Source of the DNA: an archaeon
GTDB taxonomy: Archaea > Iainarchaeota > Iainarchaeia > Iainarchaeales > CSSED10-239
DNA length: 32,000 nucleotides
Reading direction: 5' to 3'
NCBI GenBank assembly: GCA_041657425.1
Contig: JBBABY010000003.1
Span: 106,952-138,951 of the forward strand
Each line of letters starts with the position of its first letter. Within the stretch, counting starts at the first letter, position 1. Both the position numbers and the translations under genes were made by a program. The notes beneath the pieces were generated by a model. That model did not search any database. It had not been told where the DNA came from and was given only the letters and a program-made list of their open reading frames with translations. Positions 4,978-13,839 of the stretch are shown piece after piece.

Positions 4978-6732
4978 TTAAATCTTATCAATAAACCTCC
5001 TCAACCACAGTTCCGTACAAACAGTCCTCCACAAAATCCACGAATACTCAATCTCACCTGAAACAAATTCATCATAACACTTTTTGACCTCCTGCCAATC
5101 CCAGTATTTTCTACTTCTAAAACTTTCCGATGTTATAACCCCTTGCACAAATTCCTGCAACTCGTTCTTCATCCACATTTCTTCCGGTGTAACAAACCCC
5201 ATCTTATCTTTCCGTGTTCGGATAGATTCAGGTATAATCCCTCTTACAGAATTCCGTAATGAAAACTTTGAAACACCATTTCTAATTTTTTCGCCTAATG
5301 GTAATCTGGTAACATATTCAATCAAATCTATATCAAGATACGGCACTCTCGCTTCAATGGAAAACACCATAGAATTGCGATCTTCATAATGTAATAACGC
5401 CGGGAGATTTGTAGATATCAACTCCCGTTCCAATACACAACTCAACGGTGGTTTATACCGATCCTCGTACATAGGAATCTCACCCAAGCACTTTCTATAT
5501 CGTTTCCTAGCATATGTCTCCATTATTGAATTAAAAATAAAATCGTGATGCCGTCTTATAAATCCCACAGACTCTTTTGCCGCTGCCCAGAGATGCAACG
5601 ATTTAATTAATCCTTTAATATATGCCACCTGATAACCAAGATATCCAGCAAATAATTCATCCGCCCCTTGTCCATCTAAAAGAACTTTTACTTTATCTTT
5701 CGCACTTCTCATAACACAATACTGTGCATAGATTGACAGAGAACCAAACGGTTCGTCCTGAATATAAATTAAATCATCAATATCTTTTATCAATCGCTGT
5801 GATGTCGGTTCAACGAAATCGCAATCGACCTTTTTATCTTTTATAACTTCATTTATATATTTACTTTCGTCAAACTTTTCGTTTCCAAACACTGCCGAAA
5901 ATGTTTTTTGATTTTCCGTGTCAATCATAGAAACAATGACAGAAGAATCGATCCCACCAGATAAACACGACCCAACCGGAACGTCGCTTCGAAGATGAAG
6001 CCTAACGGCACTATTAATCAAACCCCTCAATTTTTTGTAATTACATTCGCCAGAAATATTTTCATTTATCGTGGGAATCCAATAATGATATTTAGATATC
6101 CCATATTTAGAAACAGTTAAAGCAAAACCCGGTTCAATTTGATATACTCCATCAAACATCGTTTCTTCACAATAATCTTGCATCCCCCACGCAAGGAACA
6201 TATTTACCGTTTTGTCATTCGGATTAAAATATTTGGGTAACGCTTTTATTTCCGAAGCAAAGAAAAATGAATCTCCGACCCTTGTATAATAAAATGGTTT
6301 TATTCCAAACCTATCGCGCGCGCAGAATAACTCTTGCCTTTTTGAATCCCAGAGCGCGAACGCCCACATGCCGTTAAATCGATTTACACATGCACTACCC
6401 CATTCTTCGTAGGCATGAATTATAACCTCTGTATCCGAACCGGATTTAAACACATATCCCTTTTTTATTAATTCTTCGCGCAATTCAATGTAATTATAAA
6501 TCTCTCCATTAAAAGTAATAATAAGAGAACCATCTTCATTTGACATCGGCTGCGCGCCATCTTCGGTTAAATCTATAATGGCGAGACGACGGTGAACTAA
6601 TCCAACATTGCCATTTAAATATATTCCATTTCCATCCGGGCCTCTGTGTGCAAGTTTTTGCGACATTGTGAATAAAATGTCTTTATTGGGAGTCTTACCA
6701 TCTATACAATATTGACCTGCAATGCCGCACAT
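4978..6732 (-). CDS. asparagine synthase (glutamine-hydrolysing)-like amidotransferase, 584 aa
   Basis: N-terminal MCGIAG (class-II glutamine amidotransferase Cys2), a PP-loop-like SGGIDSS, and typical length. It is the last gene of the sugar operon. Confidence 0.9.
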   Translation of the reverse strand: MCGIAGQYCIDGKTPNKDILFTMSQKLAHRGPDGNGIYLNGNVGLVHRRLAIIDLTEDGAQPMSNEDGSLIITFNGEIYNYIELREELIKKGYVFKSGSDTEVIIHAYEEWGSACVNRFNGMWAFALWDSKRQELFCARDRFGIKPFYYTRVGDSFFFASEIKALPKYFNPNDKTVNMFLAWGMQDYCEETMFDGVYQIEPGFALTVSKYGISKYHYWIPTINENISGECNYKKLRGLINSAVRLHLRSDVPVGSCLSGGIDSSVIVSMIDTENQKTFSAVFGNEKFDESKYINEVIKDKKVDCDFVEPTSQRLIKDIDDLIYIQDEPFGSLSIYAQYCVMRSAKDKVKVLLDGQGADELFAGYLGYQVAYIKGLIKSLHLWAAAKESVGFIRRHHDFIFNSIMETYARKRYRKCLGEIPMYEDRYKPPLSCVLERELISTNLPALLHYEDRNSMVFSIEARVPYLDIDLIEYVTRLPLGEKIRNGVSKFSLRNSVRGIIPESIRTRKDKMGFVTPEEMWMKNELQEFVQGVITSESFRSRKYWDWQEVKKCYDEFVSGEIEYSWILWRTVCTELWLRRFIDKI

Positions 6733-8112
6733 CTAAAACTCCTTTATTGGGTGGTCATTCTTGTCTCCGCGCCCAACGCCTTTATAAATAAAACCTTTAT
6801 TAATAAATGTATCTGGATCGATTACATTTCTGCCATCGACTATCACAACTTTATTCCCCGGTATGTTTTCTGGCGTTAAATTTTTATACATGTTATGCCC
6901 AGTCATTATTGCAACAGCATCTATATTTTTAAGGGCGCGATTTATATCACGTTCAATAGTTGCATTATAATGTGATGCGACATATGGATCATGAATAACG
7001 ACTTCCCCTCCTGATTGAACAATCAAATCCCTATATTTTCCCGACGGGGTATTTCTATCATCATCAGAATTTGCAATAAATGCCCAACCAAGAATAGCAA
7101 TTTTTGAACCATGAATTTCTTTATCAACGCGTTTCAAACCATCAACAGCCAAATTAAAAATATGATCCGGCATAAAATCATTTAAATGTCTTGCGGAAAC
7201 AAATAGTGACTCCACACCTTCTGGATAATCCAGCCCCCCGCTTAATTTAACACCGCGTTCCAAATGGTAAGTATCTTTTGTAAGACAATGCCCACCAACC
7301 CCCGCACCCGGCATCAGGATTTCACGCGAAACCCCTTCTCCTTTTAATGAGTTTATCCCATTCCGCACATCATAAATATTTATTCCCATTGCTTCGCAAT
7401 ATAACGCCAATTGATTAGCAGCCGCGATTTGTAAATCCCTAAAAGTGTTCTCTGCGGTTTTTGTAACTTCTGCTGCTGTTGCACTCATTTTTATTAGTTT
7501 GCCTTTAGTAAGAAGTAGTGTATACAAATCCACGGCGCGGTTCGTACTCGCTTCATTAATGCCCCCAACAATACGATCATACTCCCGAATATTTTTTATG
7601 AGCCGTCCTACCATAACCCGCTCTGGGGCATGTGCCAGATAAAAATCTTTGCCCACGACCAACCCCGATTCTGTTTCAAGAATGTCTTTGACTATTCCCA
7701 CAGTTGTCCCCGGGGTAACAGTTGACTCCAACACCACCAAAGTTTCCGGTTTTATATTTTTTCCAACTTCTTTAACACCATCAAACAATGCAGAAAAATC
7801 TGGGATCAAATCATCTTTGTTTTTAAAAGGAGTTTGAATTGAAATTGTGACTGCATCGCATTCTCGAATTTTACTAAAATCGGATGTACATAAAAATTTC
7901 TTATCGTGAACAACGCGTCGTATTAGTTCCGATAACCCCGGTTCATCACCCTTCAAAGGGTTCCGACCATCGTTTAACATTTCGATTTTATAACCAGAAT
8001 TTTTTGAATTGCGCTGAAATCCATACACCTTTTTATAATATGGAGAGTCGGCAAACAACATTGCAGCAGGAATGCCCACGTAACCCATACCCACAACACC
8101 AATGGTCTCCAT
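6733..8112 (-). CDS. UDP-N-acetyl-hexosamine 6-dehydrogenase (WecC/WbpA-like)
   Basis: METIGVVGMGYVGIP Rossmann N-terminus and a catalytic-Cys context GGHCLTKD. The ORF track starts at TTG 8115; the ATG at 8112 overlaps the upstream TGA as TGATG. Confidence 0.9.
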   Translation of the reverse strand: METIGVVGMGYVGIPAAMLFADSPYYKKVYGFQRNSKNSGYKIEMLNDGRNPLKGDEPGLSELIRRVVHDKKFLCTSDFSKIRECDAVTISIQTPFKNKDDLIPDFSALFDGVKEVGKNIKPETLVVLESTVTPGTTVGIVKDILETESGLVVGKDFYLAHAPERVMVGRLIKNIREYDRIVGGINEASTNRAVDLYTLLLTKGKLIKMSATAAEVTKTAENTFRDLQIAAANQLALYCEAMGINIYDVRNGINSLKGEGVSREILMPGAGVGGHCLTKDTYHLERGVKLSGGLDYPEGVESLFVSARHLNDFMPDHIFNLAVDGLKRVDKEIHGSKIAILGWAFIANSDDDRNTPSGKYRDLIVQSGGEVVIHDPYVASHYNATIERDINRALKNIDAVAIMTGHNMYKNLTPENIPGNKVVIVDGRNVIDPDTFINKGFIYKGVGRGDKNDHPIKEF

Positions 8113-9023
8113 CAATTTAACCCCGACTCTATTTTATGCGCGATATTAAGATTTCTCAATCCCTGCTCCAATGTTACTGGGAAAGACATTTTTGTTTCAA
8201 CGCAATTAAGAAATGTAGATAATTCCTCTTTAAGAGGTTCTAACTTTGGAACCATAACTTTTTCAACTATTCCTTCCCTTGTGTATTTATTATTATTCAT
8301 ATTATATCGTTCGGGCTTACTATAAATAGTAATCTCCTGTGTCATATAATCACCTTCGATTGTATAATCTTCCTGTTCAATGTATATACTTCGAATCTTC
8401 TTTGACGCTTTTCTGCTTGCAGATAAATAAACTGTTGTTTTATCAAAATCTAATAGCGCGCCACAAATATCATTGCTCCCAGAACTGTAAATATATTCTG
8501 TCGGTTTCCAGTCCAATAAATTATACACAACATCAATATCATGAATCATAAGATCCAAAACCACAGATCCAGTAACACGCGCGGATGCCGGGTTATGACG
8601 TTTAGATTCAATGTATATTGGTGAATCAATTATCTTTTTTATTTCTTTAACAATCGGGTTGAACCTTTCAATTTGCCCGACCCCACAAATCAACCCAGAA
8701 GGAGTCATTTCTATTAATTGTTTGGCGTCTAAAACAGATTCGCAGGCTGGCTTTTCGATCAGCAGGGGTATATTAGATTCGATTACTTTCTTTGCCACCT
8801 CATAATGATACTGCGTTGGAACACAAATACTGACTGCATCAACTTTTTCTAAAAGATTATCTATCGATGCGCAATATATTCCGTTATTTTTCGTCGCCAC
8901 TTCTTTTGCAACACTTTCATTTATATCAGTCACAAATAAATTATCCACATTTTTTAATTCCGAATAAACACGAGCATGATTCTTCCCCATCATACCCACA
9001 CCAATAACACCAACATTAAGCAT
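8112..9023 (-). CDS. Gfo/Idh/MocA-family NAD-dependent oxidoreductase (WbpB-like)
   Basis: N-terminal VGVIGVGMMGKNHARVY Rossmann motif and an EKP motif (LLIEKP). It sits between the dehydrogenase and the aminotransferase. Confidence 0.85.
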   Translation of the reverse strand: MLNVGVIGVGMMGKNHARVYSELKNVDNLFVTDINESVAKEVATKNNGIYCASIDNLLEKVDAVSICVPTQYHYEVAKKVIESNIPLLIEKPACESVLDAKQLIEMTPSGLICGVGQIERFNPIVKEIKKIIDSPIYIESKRHNPASARVTGSVVLDLMIHDIDVVYNLLDWKPTEYIYSSGSNDICGALLDFDKTTVYLSASRKASKKIRSIYIEQEDYTIEGDYMTQEITIYSKPERYNMNNNKYTREGIVEKVMVPKLEPLKEELSTFLNCVETKMSFPVTLEQGLRNLNIAHKIESGLN

Positions 9024-10095
9024 TTTCTACAACCCCATTTATTGTATCACAAACATATTTTAAATCGTCCGTTGTCAACGAAGGATGAACCGGTATACTC
9101 AATATCTCACCACTTATTTTTTCCGCAACCGGACATTCAACATTCATATTTTTATACATTGGTTGTTTATTGATCGAAATGGGATAATGAATCGCCGTAT
9201 CAATACCCTTTTGTTTTAATATGTTAATAATTTCACTTCTTGTAATCGGGCAATCATCAGTTATCCGTATAACATACTGATGAAAAACGTGTTTACAATA
9301 ATCACGACGCTTCGGTAATATTACCCCGTGCGCTTTCAAATGTTCATCGTAATAATTTGCATTACAAATCCGTCGCGCGTTAAATAAATTCAACTTCTCC
9401 AATTGTGCAATACCTATCGAAGCAGCAATATCGGTCATACGATAATTATAACCGAGTGAAGTGTGAAGATACTTCTCACTCTGCCCATGATTAATGAAAC
9501 GACGAACATTATTATTTATTTCGATTAAATTTGTCGTAACCATCCCACCTTCCCCGGTTGTCATATTTTTTGTTGCATAAAAACTAAAACAACCAGCCTG
9601 ACCGAAACCGCCAACCGGTTTGCCGTGATAGGTTGAACCATGCGCTTGCGCTGCATCTTCAATCAAGGAAATACCAAAATTTAAAATTCTTTTAATATCA
9701 AACGGTTGCCCGAATAAATGGACACCAATGATTGCCTTCGTAGAATCCGAAATCAAATTTTCTACATTCGCCAGATCGATTGTAAAATAATCTGATTCGA
9801 TATCTGCGAATACCGGAGTTGCGCCGCACATCGAAACTGCACTTGCTGTTGCAATAAAAGAAAATGCGGGGACTATAACTTCATCACCCTTTCCAATACC
9901 TATCGAAGATAACGCAGCATGAAGTGCAGCCGTGCCACTGTTTACAGCCACGGAATATTTTACACCACAGTAATCGGAATACTTCTCTTCAAATTCTTTT
10001 ACTTTCTTCCCCTGCGCAAGGTTGCCCGATTTTAAGACATTCAATGCCGCTTCTGTTTCTTCATCACCAATAATTGGATGTGCCATACGTATCAT
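9016..10095 (-). CDS. DegT/DnrJ/EryC1-family PLP-dependent sugar aminotransferase (WbpE-like)
   Basis: Family-typical stretches GKKVKEFEEKY, NSGTAALH and FSFYATKNMTTGEGGM (PLP lysine context). It overlaps the upstream gene by 4 nt (ATGA). Confidence 0.9.
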   Translation of the reverse strand: MIRMAHPIIGDEETEAALNVLKSGNLAQGKKVKEFEEKYSDYCGVKYSVAVNSGTAALHAALSSIGIGKGDEVIVPAFSFIATASAVSMCGATPVFADIESDYFTIDLANVENLISDSTKAIIGVHLFGQPFDIKRILNFGISLIEDAAQAHGSTYHGKPVGGFGQAGCFSFYATKNMTTGEGGMVTTNLIEINNNVRRFINHGQSEKYLHTSLGYNYRMTDIAASIGIAQLEKLNLFNARRICNANYYDEHLKAHGVILPKRRDYCKHVFHQYVIRITDDCPITRSEIINILKQKGIDTAIHYPISINKQPMYKNMNVECPVAEKISGEILSIPVHPSLTTDDLKYVCDTINGVVENA

Positions 10096-10568
10096 TTCAT
10101 CACCATCGGCTTATCAACTATTCTCGCAGGATAACCGATTGCCATTTTACCTGCTGGAACATTCTTTGTCACAAGCGAACCCGCTGCTACAAAACACCCC
10201 TTCCCCAATTTTACACCCGGAAGAATAATCGCGCACGCTCCAATGACCACACCGTCCATGATTGACGGACCACCCAAATATTTGGAGGGGGGGTATTTAT
10301 CGTTCGTCATTGTCACACATGGCCCGATAAATACATTATCACCAATAGCGGTTTTTGTTGGAATAAAAACCATGCTTTGAATATTGATATCATTACCAAG
10401 ATAACAATTTCCTTCAATAATACTTGAAGAACCAACTTTAACATTATTTCCGATAGTTGTATGTTCCCGTATCAAAACGTTATGACCAGTAACAAAATTA
10501 TCTCCAATCTTTACATCATCATATATTATAGCCCCGGATCTAATAAGTGAATTTTCTCCAATAATCAT
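10092..10568 (-). CDS. left-handed beta-helix (hexapeptide-repeat) sugar N-acetyltransferase (WbpD-like)
   Basis: Repeated [LIV]-G-x4 hexapeptide pattern throughout; 158 aa; 4-nt overlaps on both sides. Confidence 0.85.
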   Translation of the reverse strand: MIIGENSLIRSGAIIYDDVKIGDNFVTGHNVLIREHTTIGNNVKVGSSSIIEGNCYLGNDINIQSMVFIPTKTAIGDNVFIGPCVTMTNDKYPPSKYLGGPSIMDGVVIGACAIILPGVKLGKGCFVAAGSLVTKNVPAGKMAIGYPARIVDKPMVMK

Positions 10569-11677
10569 AATGTTACTTCCTTTATCAATTTCTCAAAATC
10601 TTTCGCCCTGTTTTTCCAATCAAAGTTTTCTATATTATTTAAAACTTTTGGTTTGTTATTTTCTATATATTTAATCTTTTCAACATATTCTCCTATATTT
10701 TTATAAACAAACAAATTATCTGTTCCCATTGCAATCATATCGGGGATTGGCGTTGTGATAATTGGTTTCCCACATGCGGTATATTCAAAAAATTTATTTG
10801 GTAACGCAATGTTTCTCCACTGTGGAGGTATAGGGGGGATAGCACAAACATCCATCATAGAAATATAATGTGGCAATTCATTGTAAGGTTTCAACCCGGT
10901 AAAAATAACATTATCAAATAAATTTAAATTATTAACTAAAGATTTTAATTCCTTCCCATATTCAGTAAATAATGAATCCCCGACAATGAGCAATTTCATA
11001 TTAGGATTATATTTAAGCAATTTGGGCATAGCCTTAATTATTTCATCAAGACCATACCAACGTTCAACACTCCCTACAAACCCGATGACGAAATCATTAT
11101 CATTTGTTTTTGGCATCGGTTTAAAAATGGAGGTATCCACTCCGTTTGTAATAAGTTCCGATTCGAATCCCAGCGCATTTAACTTTTTAACCAGTGAGGG
11201 GGAAACCGTGACAATTTTATTACTACGTTCAAGATTATATTTTGTAATGTCCAGAACCGACATGCGCACGACTTCCTTGAGAATATTATTTTTTATATAC
11301 ATTGCCGCGCTGTCCGGGAACCAATCTTTTAAATCAAAAACCACGGGAACCTTATATTTGTTGGCCGCGCAGATCACTGCTGTGCCCGCGAGAATGTTTG
11401 CTACAACCACGGCATCATAATGTTCGTGATGTAGTATTGCATCAAATTTATAAAAATGATATGGCGCGTTTAATGTGTAATGCAAAAATGGGGACTTGAT
11501 ATTAAACATTGTAACTTCTTCAGGAATAAGAAGGGTCGCGCGGTCGTTGTTATTACTTACGTGAAAATGCGCGACGTGTATTTCATGACGTGTTGCCAGT
11601 TCTTCAAAAATATAATGATGACGGCTTGGAACTGGATGGTGAATGTAATCTTGAGAAGAAACGAGAAGAATTTTCAT
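10565..11677 (-). CDS. GT-B fold glycosyltransferase (GT4 / group 1-like)
   Basis: C-terminal nucleotide-sugar binding region ...PNKFFEYTACGKPIITT... and typical length of 370 aa. It is the first gene of the operon. Confidence 0.8.
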   Translation of the reverse strand: MKILLVSSQDYIHHPVPSRHHYIFEELATRHEIHVAHFHVSNNNDRATLLIPEEVTMFNIKSPFLHYTLNAPYHFYKFDAILHHEHYDAVVVANILAGTAVICAANKYKVPVVFDLKDWFPDSAAMYIKNNILKEVVRMSVLDITKYNLERSNKIVTVSPSLVKKLNALGFESELITNGVDTSIFKPMPKTNDNDFVIGFVGSVERWYGLDEIIKAMPKLLKYNPNMKLLIVGDSLFTEYGKELKSLVNNLNLFDNVIFTGLKPYNELPHYISMMDVCAIPPIPPQWRNIALPNKFFEYTACGKPIITTPIPDMIAMGTDNLFVYKNIGEYVEKIKYIENNKPKVLNNIENFDWKNRAKDFEKLIKEVTL

Positions 11678-11723
11678 ATCTATATACGTATTGGTTGTGA
11701 TGAGTTATATATGTTTCGATTAG

Positions 11724-11800
11724 TGGGCCAGATCGGATTTGAACCGATGAAATCTCCCGGTTATGAGCCGGGCGCTCTAACCGGACTGAGCTACAGGCCC
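11724..11800 (-). tRNA. tRNA with anticodon CAU (elongator Met, or Ile2 if C34 is modified)
   Basis: Reverse complement reads GGGCCTG-TA-GCTC-AGTCCGGTTA-GAGC-G-CCCGG-CTCATAA-CCGGG-AGATTTC-ATCGG-TTCAAAT-CCGAT-CTGGCCC-A. There is one U.U mismatch in the acceptor stem and a 7-nt variable region. Confidence 0.8.
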
Positions 11801-11857
11801 GAAAAATATATTCTGGCCAAAACGAGAGTCTTTGTACACTCCATTGTTTTAACCAAA

Positions 11858-11914
11858 AGCAACCAGCGGGTGTTGAACCCGCAACGATCTGCCACGAGGG
11901 GTTATCTTGGTTGC
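11858..11914 (-). other. tRNA-like minihelix (acceptor stem plus T arm only, about 56 nt)
   Basis: Reverse complement reads GCAACCA-(25 nt)-GCGGG-TTCAACA-CCCGC-TGGTTGC-T. The acceptor stem is a perfect 7 bp and the T arm is present, but there is no room for both a D arm and an anticodon arm. Confidence 0.3.
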
Positions 11915-11919
11915 ATTTT

Positions 11920-11948
11920 GACCGGCGCATTATTTTATTGCGCCGGTC
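11920..11948. repeat. perfect 10-bp GC-rich hairpin (GACCGGCGCA / TGCGCCGGTC), followed by TTTT on the + strand
   Basis: Read directly from the sequence; no convincing + strand gene lies upstream of it. Confidence 0.5.
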
Positions 11949-12218
11949 TTTTACACAAACTATTTTCACAAATGTCAATATTAGACGATTGTTTTATGGC
12001 GGTTGTTGGTAAGTATCCGCCAAACTTATTCCTGTGCGGAAAGCAAAGCATGAGAGATGATTAGTCGGACTTCTGTACATTAGCTCAAAAGTTCTAACCA
12101 TAAGAATGTTGGAGGTTTCGAAAATTCGCTGACCTCACATTCGTATTGATTTTGTAACTCTTGGCTATACTATTGTATGACTTATAAGTATTTAAAACTT
12201 ATTCTTCACCGTATTTTT

Positions 12219-12246
12219 AATTAGTCTAATCCAAATTAGACTAATT
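12219..12246. promoter_or_regulatory. perfect 12-bp inverted repeat (AATTAGTCTAAT-ccaa-ATTAGACTAATT), candidate operator
   Basis: Read directly from the sequence; lies about 75 nt upstream of the small basic ORF at 12321. Confidence 0.35.
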
Positions 12247-12320
12247 CAAAGTATACTAAATGAATAGAAAGGTTTAAATATGATAATGTCATTATAATAA
12301 AATAATAAAGGTGAAACATC

Positions 12321-12503
12321 TTGACGACAAAAGGCAAAAATATAAAGGTTGAAAGAATAAATACAAGAGCATTCAACAAAACCGGGAAGATAGGTAAATC
12401 ACAATTAGTTTCTATTCAAAAAAGAAGCAAACACGGTTTTGGAGGAAGGTCGGGGCATTTAACAAAAACTATAAGAGGATCTCGCCGCGCAACACGAAGA
12501 TAA
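12321..12503 (+). CDS. small, very basic protein, 60 aa, TTG start
   Basis: ORF track; the TTG is preceded by AAAGGTGAAA at proper spacing. The protein is rich in K/R/G (..GFGGRSGHLTKTIRGSRRATRR). No family was recognised. Confidence 0.4.
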   Translation: MTTKGKNIKVERINTRAFNKTGKIGKSQLVSIQKRSKHGFGGRSGHLTKTIRGSRRATRR

Positions 12504-12572
12504 CCACCAATCTGTTTTATAAATTTCCAGACGAAACTATTTTATACTACATCTTAATAACCTTTATATATC

Positions 12573-13679
12573 ATGCGTCCATCTCTTTCTATAATCATCC
12601 CCACTTACAACGAAGAAGAAAACATTCAAAACACAATACAAAAAATTTCTCATACTCTTCGTCTCACCACTATAACTTTTGAAATAATCGTTGTCGATGA
12701 TTCTTCCACGGATAAGACACAACTTATTGTTACCGATCTTATCATTAGGAAGTATCCCGTGGTTTTAATAACGCGCACAAAAGATCCGGGACTTTCCCAA
12801 TCTGTTATTGCCGGAATAAATAAAGCGCGCGGAAACGTGGTGGTAGTGACGGACGCAGATTTATCGCACTCAATAGAAATTATTCCTGCAATGTTCAATG
12901 AAATAAAAAACAATAATGTAGATATCGCAATTGGGTCAAGATATATGCCAAATGGTGGTATCAAAGACTGGCCTTTAAAACGTCGTGTTATTTCTTTCGG
13001 GGCAACATTCCTCGGTCGCCTCCTTTTCCCGAAAATTACCGATCCAATTTCCGGATTCTTCGGAGCAAAAAAGGATTTAATAATGCACACACCTTCATTA
13101 AACCCACGGTGTGGATATAAAATCTTATTGGAGATTCTTTCAAAATGCCATTGGACTATAGTGAAAGAATTACCGTATGTTTTCACAAACAGAAAAGTGG
13201 GTGAAAGCAAATTAAAGAAATCCACAATTATTCAATTCGCAAAACAATTTATTGATAATGCATTGTTCCCCGGACGTGGAAGAGAAGAATTAAGAAAGAT
13301 GGTAAAATTTGGGATCGTTGGTCTTATCGGAGTGGCAACAAATATGATTTGTTTGTCCGTGTTCAAAGAAGTTTTTAATACGCCTTTGGTTTTTGCAAGT
13401 TTCCTAGCGATAGAAATAAGTATTATAACAAATTTTTTAATGAATGATAATTTTACATTTAAAGGAGCAAAATGCCAAAAATCATTCCTTCACAGAATGT
13501 TTAGTTATAATTCAATCTGTATTGGATCAATGATAATAAATGTTACTGTTTTGGTGGCACTAACATTCGTAGGAATAAACTATTTAATAGGAAATGCTAT
13601 AGGAATAGTAATCGGATATATTTGGAATTTTTTGATGAATAGAAGAATAACTTGGGTGGAAAATTCACCCAAGTTTTAA
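12573..13679 (+). CDS. polyprenyl/dolichyl-phosphate glycosyltransferase (GT2, Dpm1-like) fused to a C-terminal GtrA-like membrane domain
   Basis: GT2 motifs IIIPTYNEEENI, VVDDSSTD and TDADLSH. The C-terminal part has about four hydrophobic helices ending in NFLMNRRITW, which is GtrA-like. Confidence 0.85.
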   Translation: MRPSLSIIIPTYNEEENIQNTIQKISHTLRLTTITFEIIVVDDSSTDKTQLIVTDLIIRKYPVVLITRTKDPGLSQSVIAGINKARGNVVVVTDADLSHSIEIIPAMFNEIKNNNVDIAIGSRYMPNGGIKDWPLKRRVISFGATFLGRLLFPKITDPISGFFGAKKDLIMHTPSLNPRCGYKILLEILSKCHWTIVKELPYVFTNRKVGESKLKKSTIIQFAKQFIDNALFPGRGREELRKMVKFGIVGLIGVATNMICLSVFKEVFNTPLVFASFLAIEISIITNFLMNDNFTFKGAKCQKSFLHRMFSYNSICIGSMIINVTVLVALTFVGINYLIGNAIGIVIGYIWNFLMNRRITWVENSPKF

Positions 13680-13839
13680 TTCCTTACCAAAACCGACCCA
13701 ACCGTAACATACCTTGCCCGGCATTGCCGCACCAAAACAAACCTTACCCAACCAAACCCGTTTCAACAACGGTATATAATAATAAACTTTAATAATATTT
13801 ATATCTTTTGGTAATAAAAAAGTTAATAATAATTAATTT

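Noticed and set aside
5084-8120. Plus-strand ORFs inside the AsnB-like and dehydrogenase genes (5084-5389, 7445-7642, 7649-7837, 7884-8120).
   Set aside because: They are antisense to long genes with clear family motifs. These are typical shadow ORFs.
11480-12064. 194-aa plus-strand ORF.
   Set aside because: It runs antisense through the start of the GT4 gene, straight across the tRNA(CAU) gene and the tRNA-like minihelix. It has no ribosome-binding site or recognisable motif. I treat it as a chance ORF.
12650-13225. 191-aa minus-strand ORF.
   Set aside because: It is antisense to the Dpm1-like GT2 gene, which carries unambiguous family motifs.
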